Notes: generated by a model from the letters alone, not told the origin. Positions 25,940-34,482 are shown, counted from the first letter of the stretch. The stretch: 64,000 bases of DNA from Syntrophomonadaceae bacterium (GCA_012729715.1 JAAYCQ010000147.1:1624-65623), one strand, 5' to 3'. A program made the numbers and translations.

Positions 25940-26841
25940 ATGATATAACCTTAAAAATCAGAGAAATTGCTACCCGGCTTCTGCAAAACGGTCAGGTGGA
26001 TATATTTATGGGCTGGGAAAAAGGCCAGGAAGAATATACGACCCGTCCCTTTTTTGCCCGCCGGGTAGAAGATGTAGAAAAGCTCATTTTTAATGAATAT
26101 TCCATCCATAACTTGTCCAATGATTTGCTTAAATACCGGGACGGACAGGAGAAGATAGGTATTGTCGTTAAGGGCTGTGATTCCCGCGGAATAGTTAGAC
26201 TGTTGCAGGATGGGCAGATTAAGCGGCAGCGCTTATACATTGTCGGGGTAGCCTGCCCGGGCATGAAAGATCCGCTGCAGGCAGTTAAGGATAATTCTGG
26301 GTTTTTCCCCGCTACTACCAGCGGCGAACTGGCTAGAAAATGCAACGATTGCATAGAGCCTAATCCGGTTATTTATGACGAGTTAATCGGTGATAAACAA
26401 ACCCCGCGGGTAGGGCAGGAGCGTTTCAAGTTGGTTAAGGATATTGAAAACATGAGCGCGGACCAGCGTTATGAATTTTTTGAGGATGTATTTTCCCGCT
26501 GCATTCGCTGTTATGCCTGCCGCCAGGTATGTGTAGCCTGTAACTGCCGCACCTGCATATTTGACGAAATGAAACCCCAGTGGGTAGGGCGGGAAACGAG
26601 TATAAGCGATAACTTCATGTACCACCTGGTGCGGGCTTCGCATATGGCCGGGCGCTGCATCGAGTGCGGCGAGTGTGAACGGGTATGCCCGGTAAATATT
26701 CCCCTGATGCTTATAAATCAAAAACTGATTAAGGATGTAAATAAATTCTTTGGGCCTTATGAAGCAGGTATGGTTTACATTGAAGGGGCTAAACCCCCCT
26801 TAAGTTCCTACCAGGAAAACGACCCGGATAATTTCTTATAG
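25936..26841 (+). CDS. flxC: FlxC-like iron-sulfur protein
   Basis: Cys clusters CIRCYACRQVCVACNC and CIECGECERVCP. Positioned between flxD and flxB. Confidence 0.75.
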   Translation: MNDITLKIREIATRLLQNGQVDIFMGWEKGQEEYTTRPFFARRVEDVEKLIFNEYSIHNLSNDLLKYRDGQEKIGIVVKGCDSRGIVRLLQDGQIKRQRLYIVGVACPGMKDPLQAVKDNSGFFPATTSGELARKCNDCIEPNPVIYDELIGDKQTPRVGQERFKLVKDIENMSADQRYEFFEDVFSRCIRCYACRQVCVACNCRTCIFDEMKPQWVGRETSISDNFMYHLVRASHMAGRCIECGECERVCPVNIPLMLINQKLIKDVNKFFGPYEAGMVYIEGAKPPLSSYQENDPDNFL

Positions 26842-26854
26842 GGGGTGAAGATAA

Positions 26855-27877
26855 ATGCCGATATTGAGCAAGTCTAAAATAAAAGACGTCTTAAACCAGT
26901 TAAGTCAAAACGCGGAACTCTTTGTACCCCTGGCCCGGGGAGATGAAAGCGGCTTTTACTCCTGGAACAGCTATCAGGAGGGCAGTGACCGCTTGATGCT
27001 GGATGCATTAAATGTTTTATTGCCGCCCAAGAGTATAGTATTCCCGCAGACTGAGAGGATGTACAGTTTTACTGGCAATGGTACGACAGTAGAGATAAAG
27101 GAAACCTTTGAAAGCCCCCAGCCCAGGATAATATTTGGTTTGCGCGCTTGTGATGCGGCTGCTATTGCCTGCTTTGATGATGTCTTTCTAACCATGGGGT
27201 TTGTAGACAGTTTCTATCAGGCTAGAAGAGATAATACTACCATAGTGGCTCATGCCTGTTACCAGCCAGGTGCCAATTGTTTCTGTGAAGCTATGGGGGT
27301 TGACCCTACGGAGCCGGTAAATGCCGATGTTATTATTCGCGATACCGGAGATTCCTATATTTGGGAGAGTAAGACTGATAAAGGCGAAAAACTGAGTGCT
27401 GCCCTGGGAGCCCTGTTGGAAAACAAAGAGGCGAAATCACCCCAATTGCAGCCATTTAAACAGCAGGCTAATTATGAGGGAGTGGCAGAAAAACTTAAAG
27501 GTATGTTTGAAGACCCGATGTGGGAAGAACTGGCCTCAACCTGTCAGACCTGTGGTATTTGCACTTATGTTTGCCCTTCCTGTTACTGCTTTGATATCCA
27601 GGTAAAATCCTGGGGAGATGAAGGTTATCGTTTCCGCTGTTATGATTCCTGCATGTATTCTGAGTATACATTAATGGCGGGAGGTCACAACCCGCGCAGT
27701 AATGAACAGGAACGCTTCCGCAACCGTTTCCTGCACAAGCTGCAATTCTTCTCGGAGCGATATGGTAAACCCCTTTGTACCGGCTGTGGTAGATGCATAG
27801 TAGCCTGCCCGGTAGGAATTAACATTGTTCAGATTATAAATCAGGTTAAGGAGGCGGATACCAGTGTCAGAGCATAA
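26855..27877 (+). CDS. flxB: FlxB-like iron-sulfur protein (AsrA / sulfhydrogenase beta-like)
   Basis: Cys clusters CQTCGICTYVCPSCYCFD and CTGCGRCIVACP. Confidence 0.75.
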   Translation: MPILSKSKIKDVLNQLSQNAELFVPLARGDESGFYSWNSYQEGSDRLMLDALNVLLPPKSIVFPQTERMYSFTGNGTTVEIKETFESPQPRIIFGLRACDAAAIACFDDVFLTMGFVDSFYQARRDNTTIVAHACYQPGANCFCEAMGVDPTEPVNADVIIRDTGDSYIWESKTDKGEKLSAALGALLENKEAKSPQLQPFKQQANYEGVAEKLKGMFEDPMWEELASTCQTCGICTYVCPSCYCFDIQVKSWGDEGYRFRCYDSCMYSEYTLMAGGHNPRSNEQERFRNRFLHKLQFFSERYGKPLCTGCGRCIVACPVGINIVQIINQVKEADTSVRA

Positions 27878-28706
27878 ATGTAACTGTGAAAACCCACTGG
27901 TTCCAGGAGTAGTAGAAGTTATTGATATCAAAGACGAAACCCCGGATGTTAAAAGCTTTTTTGTCCGCAGTATCGGCGGGGGAGTACCCTTTGATGTTAT
28001 GCCCGGACAGCTGGGTATGGTATCCCTACTACCAGTAGGTGAAGGGATGTATTCCGTTTCCTGGCAGGAAGAACAAGAATACCTGCATTTTGCTATTAAA
28101 AGAGTGGGACTGATGACTAACGAGCTGCACCGCATCGAAGTAGGTCATCAGCTGGGAGTTAGGGGTCCATATGGAAATGGCTTCCCGGTAGAGGAGTGCA
28201 AAGGTAAGGATATGCTCTTTATTGCCGGCGGTATTGGCTTGGCACCCTTGCGTTCCTTTATCAAATACTGCTTTAAACATCGCCAGGACTATGGCAAGAT
28301 TCAGATAATATACGGCAGTCGCAGCTATGCTGACCTCTGTTTCAAAGATGAACTCTTTGAAAAATGGCCCCAGGAAAAAGATACTGAGGTTTACATTACG
28401 ATTGATAACCCGGAGGAAGGCTGGGATGGGCATGTAGGTTTTGTCCCCGCTTACCTGGAGGAAATAAACCCAGCCGCCGCAGGTAAGATAGCAGTTGTCT
28501 GCGGACCGCCGGTAATGATAAAATTTGTCCTGCAATCCCTGGAAAAGATGGGCTATACTGATGAACAGGTAATCAGCACTCTGGAAATGCGCATGAAATG
28601 CGGCATAGGTAAATGTGGTCGCTGCAATGTCGGCAGTCAGTATATTTGCCTGGATGGCCCGGTTTTTAACCTGGCCCAGCTAAAACAGCTGCCGCCGGAG
28701 TGGTAA
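27864..28706 (+). CDS. flxA: FlxA-like FAD/NAD(P)H-binding oxidoreductase with a C-terminal [2Fe-2S] site (PyrK/AsrB-like)
   Basis: Ferredoxin-reductase-type fold motifs are present (MLFIAGGIGLAPL, VCGPPVM). The terminal Cys cluster is CGIGKCGRCNVG. The GTG start overlaps flxB by 14 nt. Confidence 0.8.
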   Translation: MSEHKCNCENPLVPGVVEVIDIKDETPDVKSFFVRSIGGGVPFDVMPGQLGMVSLLPVGEGMYSVSWQEEQEYLHFAIKRVGLMTNELHRIEVGHQLGVRGPYGNGFPVEECKGKDMLFIAGGIGLAPLRSFIKYCFKHRQDYGKIQIIYGSRSYADLCFKDELFEKWPQEKDTEVYITIDNPEEGWDGHVGFVPAYLEEINPAAAGKIAVVCGPPVMIKFVLQSLEKMGYTDEQVISTLEMRMKCGIGKCGRCNVGSQYICLDGPVFNLAQLKQLPPEW

Positions 28707-28714
28707 TTGTATAC

Positions 28715-28743
28715 AAAGGGATGGTTCGAAGAACCATCCCTTT
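28715..28743. terminator. bidirectional terminator hairpin
   Basis: Perfect 13-bp stem aaagggatggttc/gaaccatcccttt with a 3-nt loop. A-run and T-run are built into the stem ends. It lies between convergent genes. Confidence 0.75.
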
Positions 28744-28752
28744 GAATCTGTA

Positions 28753-29322
28753 TTATCTGCTAATCCAACTTACCAGGATAGTACCCAGAGCCGCGGCCAG
28801 CCATTCATTTTCCTGTAACAATTGAACGTATTCAGCCAGGCTTCCTTTTGTGATTTCATCGGCAGACAAAAGTTTTTCCACTTGCAATAAAAAAGCAGCA
28901 AAATTTTCTCCTGAACCGGGAGCTTTTATTTTTATCAGGCTGTTAAGATAATCCAAGTAATCAGTAATCAGGTTGGGTTGGTCAGGTTCGACAGGTAGTT
29001 CAGATGGTGAACATGGTACCGGAGAGTCAGTGCAGCCCTCCTTGCTTCCAAAATAGGCTCTATCCTGAAACCACTGACCTTCAACATATTCATGTTCAGT
29101 AGCTAAAACCAAAAATTCTTCCTGAGATTGTACCGCTACCAGCAAATCACCGGCAATAACATCTACGCCTGGAAACAAAGCTATATAATTACGGCCGCTG
29201 TATGGGTCACAATTCTTTAGGCCATCAACTTCTCCAACTACTTCTGAACCACGGTTAACCGTAAACTTAATCCCTGACATTTCCATTATAGTTTTTAATA
29301 CCGGATTGACACTTGTACTCAT
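28753..29322 (-). CDS. hypothetical protein, 189 aa
   Basis: ORF with RBS-like ggggg upstream. No recognisable motif. Confidence 0.6.
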   Translation of the reverse strand: MSTSVNPVLKTIMEMSGIKFTVNRGSEVVGEVDGLKNCDPYSGRNYIALFPGVDVIAGDLLVAVQSQEEFLVLATEHEYVEGQWFQDRAYFGSKEGCTDSPVPCSPSELPVEPDQPNLITDYLDYLNSLIKIKAPGSGENFAAFLLQVEKLLSADEITKGSLAEYVQLLQENEWLAAALGTILVSWISR

Positions 29323-29460
29323 ATTTTGTTTACCCCCCTAATTTTCTATCTGTCTTAGATGATTATCCATGTAACTGAAAAATACCTGCCGTAAACAAGA
29401 AAATAGTAACTAATAACAAAGCTGTCCTTTGAATAACTTTAAATTTGAGACTTGATTAAT

Positions 29461-29497
29461 TGCGAGGGGTTAAGGGTGAGGCATGAGGAGTAAGGGG
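29461..29497. repeat. family B hexamer array
   Basis: Sequence tgcgaggggttaagggtgaggcatgaggagtaagggg. Confidence 0.7.
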
Positions 29498-29503
29498 TTC
29501 CAA

Positions 29504-29537
29504 TAAAAAAACCAGTGGCTTTTACAGCCACTGGTTT
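29504..29537 (-). terminator. intrinsic terminator of the 47-aa ORF
   Basis: Stem aaccagtggct/agccactggtt with a 5-nt loop. On the minus strand it is followed by a U-run (plus-strand A6 at 29505-29510). Confidence 0.75.
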
Positions 29538-29551
29538 AGGTAACAGCTATT

Positions 29552-29695
29552 TTAAAAAACTGAACCGCCATACAAATAACCCAGGTAGAAAACTCCTACA
29601 ATAGCGACAATATGAAGTATCCACCATCCAGCCTTAAGAAAATTAAATGTCCCTAAATCATAACCTTCCTCAGTTCTAATCTCGCGATCTTCCAT
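29552..29695 (-). CDS. small membrane protein, 47 aa (below the ORF-track cutoff)
   Basis: Hand translation gives MEDREIRTEEGYDLGTFNFLKAGWWILHIVAIVGVFYLGYLYGGSVF. A strong RBS AAGGAGG lies 9 nt upstream. It has one TM helix, and its own terminator follows 15 nt after the TAA stop. Confidence 0.6.
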   Translation of the reverse strand: MEDREIRTEEGYDLGTFNFLKAGWWILHIVAIVGVFYLGYLYGGSVF

Positions 29696-29825
29696 ATTAA
29701 ATTGCCTCCTTAAATTTAATTGCACTCGTTTTTCCGCGACTTAAGCGGCTATTTTCCAATTTACTCATAATATTTCCAATTTAGCAAAGCATATACATAA
29801 ACTTATGAAAAGTAAGGCGCGAGGG

Positions 29826-29896
29826 GTGACACAGGGGGACGTTTTTGGTGTGTCATTTCTTTGAAATGACACACCAAAAACGTCCCCCTGTGTCAC
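29826..29896. repeat. perfect 34-bp inverted repeat with a 3-nt spacer
   Basis: Arm gtgacacagggggacgtttttggtgtgtcatttc (29826-29859), spacer ttt, then the exact reverse complement (29863-29896). It is preceded by the hexamer array aagtaaggcgcgagggg and lies 116 nt upstream of the ATG at 30013. Confidence 0.95.
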
Positions 29897-30012
29897 ATAA
29901 AGGGCGAAGATACTCGTTAAAAAAATTTGACAGGCTAATTTTAATCGATAAAATATAGGCATATTAAAAATAAATTTGCACAAACCTGTGCACAAGGAGG
30001 GAGACATATCCA

Positions 30013-32694
30013 ATGTCAGACCTGCGTAATGATTTGCTTAACCCTACCTTAAAAGAAACACTGAGCATGTTTCAGCTGGATAAAAATTATATATCAGGAA
30101 AGGGGAGCTATTTGTTTGACGAGAAGGGCCGGCGCTATCTAGATTTTATTGCCCAATACGGAGCTGTTCCCTTCGGTTATAACCCCGAATTTATCTGGGA
30201 GCGCTTGCAGGAGGTACGTGAGAAATCCCTCCCTAGTTTAGTTCAGCCCTCCCTTCCTCAGGAAGCATTGAAGCTAGCTAATATGCTGGCAGATTGCAGC
30301 CCCGGGAACCTTTGTTATTGTACTTTCTGCCAGAGCGGGGCGGAAGCAGTGGAAACTTCTATTAAGCTGGCTCGATCCAGCACTGGCAGGAAAATTATTG
30401 TTTCTACTACTAATAGTTTTCACGGTAAAACTATGGGCGCTTTATCGGCTACTGGAAAGGAATCTTATCAAAAACCATTCTATGCACCTATTCCCGGTTT
30501 TCAAACTGTACCCTTCAATGATGTAGAGGCTCTGGAGCAGATATTTGCCCGGCAAGGTAACGATATTGCGGCCTTCATAGTTGAACCTATTCAAGGTGAA
30601 GGTGGTATAATCGAAGCCCGACCAGGTTACCTGACCGCTGCCCGGGAAATCTGCAGCGCTTATGGGGCTGCCTTGATACTGGACGAGATTCAAACCGGAT
30701 TAGGCAGAACCGGCAGGCTCTTTGCCTGCGAACATGAGGGTGTTGAGCCTGATATTATGTTACTGGCCAAAGCTCTGGGTGGTGGTTTATTGCCGCTGGC
30801 GGTATGTATCAGTTCTCCTCGGATATGGAACGATGATTTTGGTATGTTGCATAGTTCAACTTTTGCCAATAATAATCTAACCTGCTCTGTAGGCCAGGCG
30901 GTACTGGAAAAGCTGAACGCTGATGAGCAGCAGTTGGTACAGGAGGTAGCCAAAAAGGGTGATTACCTCCTGGATAAACTACGTCAACTAGCCGATCGTT
31001 ATCCCGATGCGGTTAAAGAAGTGCGGGGAAGAGGCCTGATGCTGGGACTGGAATTCCATGATCTTAAAGATTGTGGGTCCTATGATACGGCTTTTATAAT
31101 TAACGCTGGCGGGTTTACCGCATTGGTAACAGGCTTTTTATTAAATGTGTACAATATTCGCCTGGCTCCCTTTCTAAATGATTCCATGACTTTAAGATTA
31201 GAGCCGGCTCTAAATATTTCCTATGAGGAAATGGATTACGTTTTAAAAGCCCTGGATATAGTATGTAAAATTGTTAGTTACCGTGATTTTGCCCGCTTTT
31301 ATCACTACTTACTTGGAGATTATAGTAAACCTGAACAGATTATCGACTACCGTCCCCAAAGCCGCAAAACCAAATCTTCGCGGCTTAAACCAGGAGAGGA
31401 AGCCAGTGAAAAGTTTGCTTTTATCATTCATTATCCTGCCCCCGAAGACGTGGTAGCCAATAATCCATCGTTTGTTAAATTTAACCGGGAGGAACTGTAC
31501 CGCTTTCTGGACTGGCAGAAGGACAGCCCCGGGGTACAGATAGTATGCCATATGCCAGCCATCAAGTCACTGGATGGTAAAATTGCCGAAGGCTGGTTAA
31601 TCGGAGTGCCTTTTGGTGCCCGGGAAATGATGAATTTGCCCCGACAGGAAACCATAACCATGGTTACCGAAGCAGTAGACTTAGGCAAAGAGCTGGGAGC
31701 CAGGATAGTAGGGCTGGGGGCTTTGACTTCAGTAGTTACCCGTGGAGGCAGGTCGGTTCAGGATCGGGGGGTGGCTATAACCAGCGGCAATAGTTTTACC
31801 ACTTTAATGGCCATGGAGGCCCTATTTGCCGGTGCCGAAAAAATGCATATTAATCCTGACCATAGCAGGGCGGCTGTAGTTGGAGCTACTGGGTCTATTG
31901 GTCGTACCTGCACTTTAATGTTATCTGAACAATCCAGCCAGATTACTTTGCTGGGTAACCCACAGAGGCCAAATAACGGCAACCAGAGACTGGAGTCCCT
32001 CTTTTCTGAATTATTGGCCTACGCTTATAGGAGATTACAAAGCGGCCAAATGACAGGATTAAGCGGGTGGTTAAAACAAAGCCTGGATATGCTTATTAAA
32101 CATGATAGTTCCAGGGCCCGGGAATTTGCTCAGGTTTTGACTGATGGCAGTGACATATCTTCCCAATTACTATCCGATATATGTGACTACCTGGGAATTG
32201 AAATGCCGCTACAAGTCAGTTTGGATATCGATGCCACCTTACCCCTATGTGATATGATTGTTGCCGCCAGTAATTCTCCCGAATATATCATTTATCCCCG
32301 ACATCTTAAACCGGGAGCAGTTGTTTGCGATGTTGCCCGTCCGGCCGATGTTTCCCCCCAGGTTTTTAAAGAACGGGATGATGTTCTTATCCTGGAGGGT
32401 GGATTGGTACAGTATCCGGACAAGATATCTTTCGGCCCTAATCTGGGTTACCGGGACGGCGTAAATCTGGCCTGTCTATCGGAAACCGTACTGCTAGCCC
32501 TGGAAGGGGACTACAATGATTACAGCATAGGTTCCCACATACCCCTGGAGACGGTTAATTACCTGCGCAGCCTGGGTAAAAAACATGGCCTGGGCCTGGC
32601 CGGACTTAAAATGGATAACCAGGAAATAAGCGACCGGGAAATCGAAGCCATCTACCAACGTTCTTTACAGCTTAAGAAGGTTAATAATATATAG
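30013..32694 (+). CDS. fusion protein: class-III (omega) aminotransferase domain plus acyl-ACP/acyl-CoA reductase (cyanobacterial AAR-like) domain
   Basis: The N-terminal 430 aa or so carry SGAEAVETSIKLAR, FHGKTMGALS, IVEPIQGEGG, LDEIQTGLGRTG, LLAKALGGG (PLP Lys) and HSSTFANN. From about residue 476 the motifs match my memory of AAR: GLGALTSVVT (AAR ALGGFTSI), ITSGNSFT (TTGNTHT), AVVGATGSIGRT (VVGATGDIGSA), and NLACLSETVLLALEG (FACFAEAMLLEFEG, which holds the catalytic Cys). Confidence 0.8.
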   Translation: MSDLRNDLLNPTLKETLSMFQLDKNYISGKGSYLFDEKGRRYLDFIAQYGAVPFGYNPEFIWERLQEVREKSLPSLVQPSLPQEALKLANMLADCSPGNLCYCTFCQSGAEAVETSIKLARSSTGRKIIVSTTNSFHGKTMGALSATGKESYQKPFYAPIPGFQTVPFNDVEALEQIFARQGNDIAAFIVEPIQGEGGIIEARPGYLTAAREICSAYGAALILDEIQTGLGRTGRLFACEHEGVEPDIMLLAKALGGGLLPLAVCISSPRIWNDDFGMLHSSTFANNNLTCSVGQAVLEKLNADEQQLVQEVAKKGDYLLDKLRQLADRYPDAVKEVRGRGLMLGLEFHDLKDCGSYDTAFIINAGGFTALVTGFLLNVYNIRLAPFLNDSMTLRLEPALNISYEEMDYVLKALDIVCKIVSYRDFARFYHYLLGDYSKPEQIIDYRPQSRKTKSSRLKPGEEASEKFAFIIHYPAPEDVVANNPSFVKFNREELYRFLDWQKDSPGVQIVCHMPAIKSLDGKIAEGWLIGVPFGAREMMNLPRQETITMVTEAVDLGKELGARIVGLGALTSVVTRGGRSVQDRGVAITSGNSFTTLMAMEALFAGAEKMHINPDHSRAAVVGATGSIGRTCTLMLSEQSSQITLLGNPQRPNNGNQRLESLFSELLAYAYRRLQSGQMTGLSGWLKQSLDMLIKHDSSRAREFAQVLTDGSDISSQLLSDICDYLGIEMPLQVSLDIDATLPLCDMIVAASNSPEYIIYPRHLKPGAVVCDVARPADVSPQVFKERDDVLILEGGLVQYPDKISFGPNLGYRDGVNLACLSETVLLALEGDYNDYSIGSHIPLETVNYLRSLGKKHGLGLAGLKMDNQEISDREIEAIYQRSLQLKKVNNI

Positions 32695-32885
32695 TGGGGA
32701 ACGGCCCCCGTGCCGTTCCGTCATAGGTTAATTAATAAGAAAATAGAACAGGAATTAGAAGCGACAACCTGAATTGTGATACCCATAAGACGAAATCGCA
32801 GAACAATCATGTGTAGGGAACGGCCCCTGTGCCGTTCCGTCATGGGTTAGTAAATTCAGTGTATTCAGTGTCTATTATTTTGCTT
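32695..32885. repeat. two tandem composite repeat units (hairpin ggaacggc/gccgttcc plus family A unit)
   Basis: Hairpins are at 32698-32719 and 32817-32838. agaaaatagaac is at 32738-32749. An inverted word array aaattcagtgtattcagtgtctatt is at 32851-32875. Confidence 0.8.
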
Positions 32886-32938
32886 TCCCATGAATAAGGC
32901 AGTAAAATATATGGCAAGAATGTATGAGGAGGGTAATT

Positions 32939-33361
32939 ATGGATCTAGCAGATATAACCATAAAAAAAGATGGCAAATGGTATTATGGTAAAGCGGAAAT
33001 GTTCAGGCGTAATATACTAAATATCCTGGCCCGTAATATCGAACGCCTTGAAGATGGCAGCTATTGTATAAAACTGGGCCAAGAGGAAAGTCAGATAACC
33101 GTTGAAGATGTGCCATTTCTGGCTACCGGATACCTGGAAGAGGATGATGGCAGGATTAAACTGGTCTTTCATGATCTACAAGAGATGTCCCTGGATCACG
33201 AAATCAAACTATATTTAAAAGGGGACGTTCCCTACATCAGCTTCAGGTGGGAAGCTGATACCCGTTTAAGCCGGGGCGTCTATTGGAAGCTCAGCGAATT
33301 CTTTGATTTCCGGGATGAAGAGATATATATCGTATTACCTCAACCGGTCAGCAATCACTAA
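32939..33361 (+). CDS. DUF1285-like protein
   Basis: Pattern I.KDGKWYY.G.E..R..IL..LARN.ERLEDGSY.I.....E..ITVEDVPF matches my recollection of the DUF1285 N-terminal domain. The start was moved to ATG 32939, which has RBS gaggaggg upstream. Confidence 0.6.
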   Translation: MDLADITIKKDGKWYYGKAEMFRRNILNILARNIERLEDGSYCIKLGQEESQITVEDVPFLATGYLEEDDGRIKLVFHDLQEMSLDHEIKLYLKGDVPYISFRWEADTRLSRGVYWKLSEFFDFRDEEIYIVLPQPVSNH

Positions 33362-33392
33362 GACCTTGCCATACAATTAAGGGGGTACAGAA

Positions 33393-34238
33393 ATGGCATT
33401 AAGGATTATTACTGATACATCCTGTGATTTGCCAGATAAAGAACTACAAAAGTATAATATTGAGATGATTCCGTTAAAGGTTACTTTTGCTAACGGGGAG
33501 ACTTTCCTGGATCGCTTCGAGCTGACTCCGGCTAATTTTGTTAAGAAGATGAAACTATCGCGTATATTACCCAAGACTTCGGCCCCTGACCCTCATACCT
33601 TTATGAAGTATTTTGAAAAAGGGTTAAGGGATGCTGGAGAAGTTCTATTTGTCAGTCTATCTTCAGGTCTTAGCAGCACATATCAAACTGCACAACTGGC
33701 CTGCAATATGTTGGGCAGTGAAAAAGTGAAAGTATTTGATACCCTTACTGCCTCCCTGGGAACTGGTATAGTAGCCATAAAAGCTGCGAATATGGCAGCC
33801 CAGGGCTTATCAGTGGATGCTGTTATAGAACGACTAACCCGGATTCGTGCCAGCCGGGAAGTTATTTTTACCCTGGATACCCTGGAAAATGTGGTCAAAG
33901 GGGGGCGTCTTAGCAGGATTGAAGGTTTAGCCGGAACATTGCTACATATTAAACCCATATTGAACGCAAATGATCGGGGCGTTCCTGAAGTTATCGAAAA
34001 GGTTAAGGGAAGAAAAAAGGCTATTCACCGCCTGGTAAGTTTACTGGGTGAGGTAACGGGTGGTTCGTTAAAGGACAGGTTAATAGGCATAAGCCATGTA
34101 AACTGTGAGGAAGATGCCATTCACCTGGGTAACGAAATTAAAAAGGATTATAACCTGACTAACCAAATCATAATTTCTGAAATGAGTGCCACTATTGGTA
34201 CTTATGCCGGGGAAGGTGGGCTCATGATAAATGTTTAA
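33393..34238 (+). CDS. DegV family fatty-acid-binding protein
   Basis: Contains IITDTSCDLP at the N-terminus, TSAPDP, LSSGLSSTYQTA and GTYAGEGG, which are typical DegV blocks. Confidence 0.9.
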   Translation: MALRIITDTSCDLPDKELQKYNIEMIPLKVTFANGETFLDRFELTPANFVKKMKLSRILPKTSAPDPHTFMKYFEKGLRDAGEVLFVSLSSGLSSTYQTAQLACNMLGSEKVKVFDTLTASLGTGIVAIKAANMAAQGLSVDAVIERLTRIRASREVIFTLDTLENVVKGGRLSRIEGLAGTLLHIKPILNANDRGVPEVIEKVKGRKKAIHRLVSLLGEVTGGSLKDRLIGISHVNCEEDAIHLGNEIKKDYNLTNQIIISEMSATIGTYAGEGGLMINV

Positions 34239-34241
34239 GGG

Positions 34242-34283
34242 CAAAAAAAAGGGGCTTTATAAGCCGATCAAGCCCCAAAAAAA
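34242..34283. terminator. terminator-like hairpin between convergent degV and the radical SAM gene
   Basis: A8, then stem ggggct...agcccc, then A7. It gives a U-run when read on the minus strand. Confidence 0.55.
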
Positions 34284-34482
34284 TTGGTTTACCCGTATAT
34301 TCTAATCCCCCCATATCATTCGTATATGCAAATTATGTGCCTAAAATGTTTGTATACGTACTATCCCCCGCTATCACGGGGATTCTGGCCAAAAACCCTG
34401 TAAGAATATTCCGTAAATTTGTATGTGAAACAGGACGATAGTTGCATCGTATAATGAGACATTGTCTCATTTAAGGGACGAA

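Noticed and set aside
29765-30013. 82-aa minus-strand ORF spanning the 34-bp palindrome.
   Set aside because: Its sequence is dictated by the inverted repeat and the promoter region of the fusion gene. It has no RBS, and the small ORF with proper signals lies further downstream at 29552-29695.
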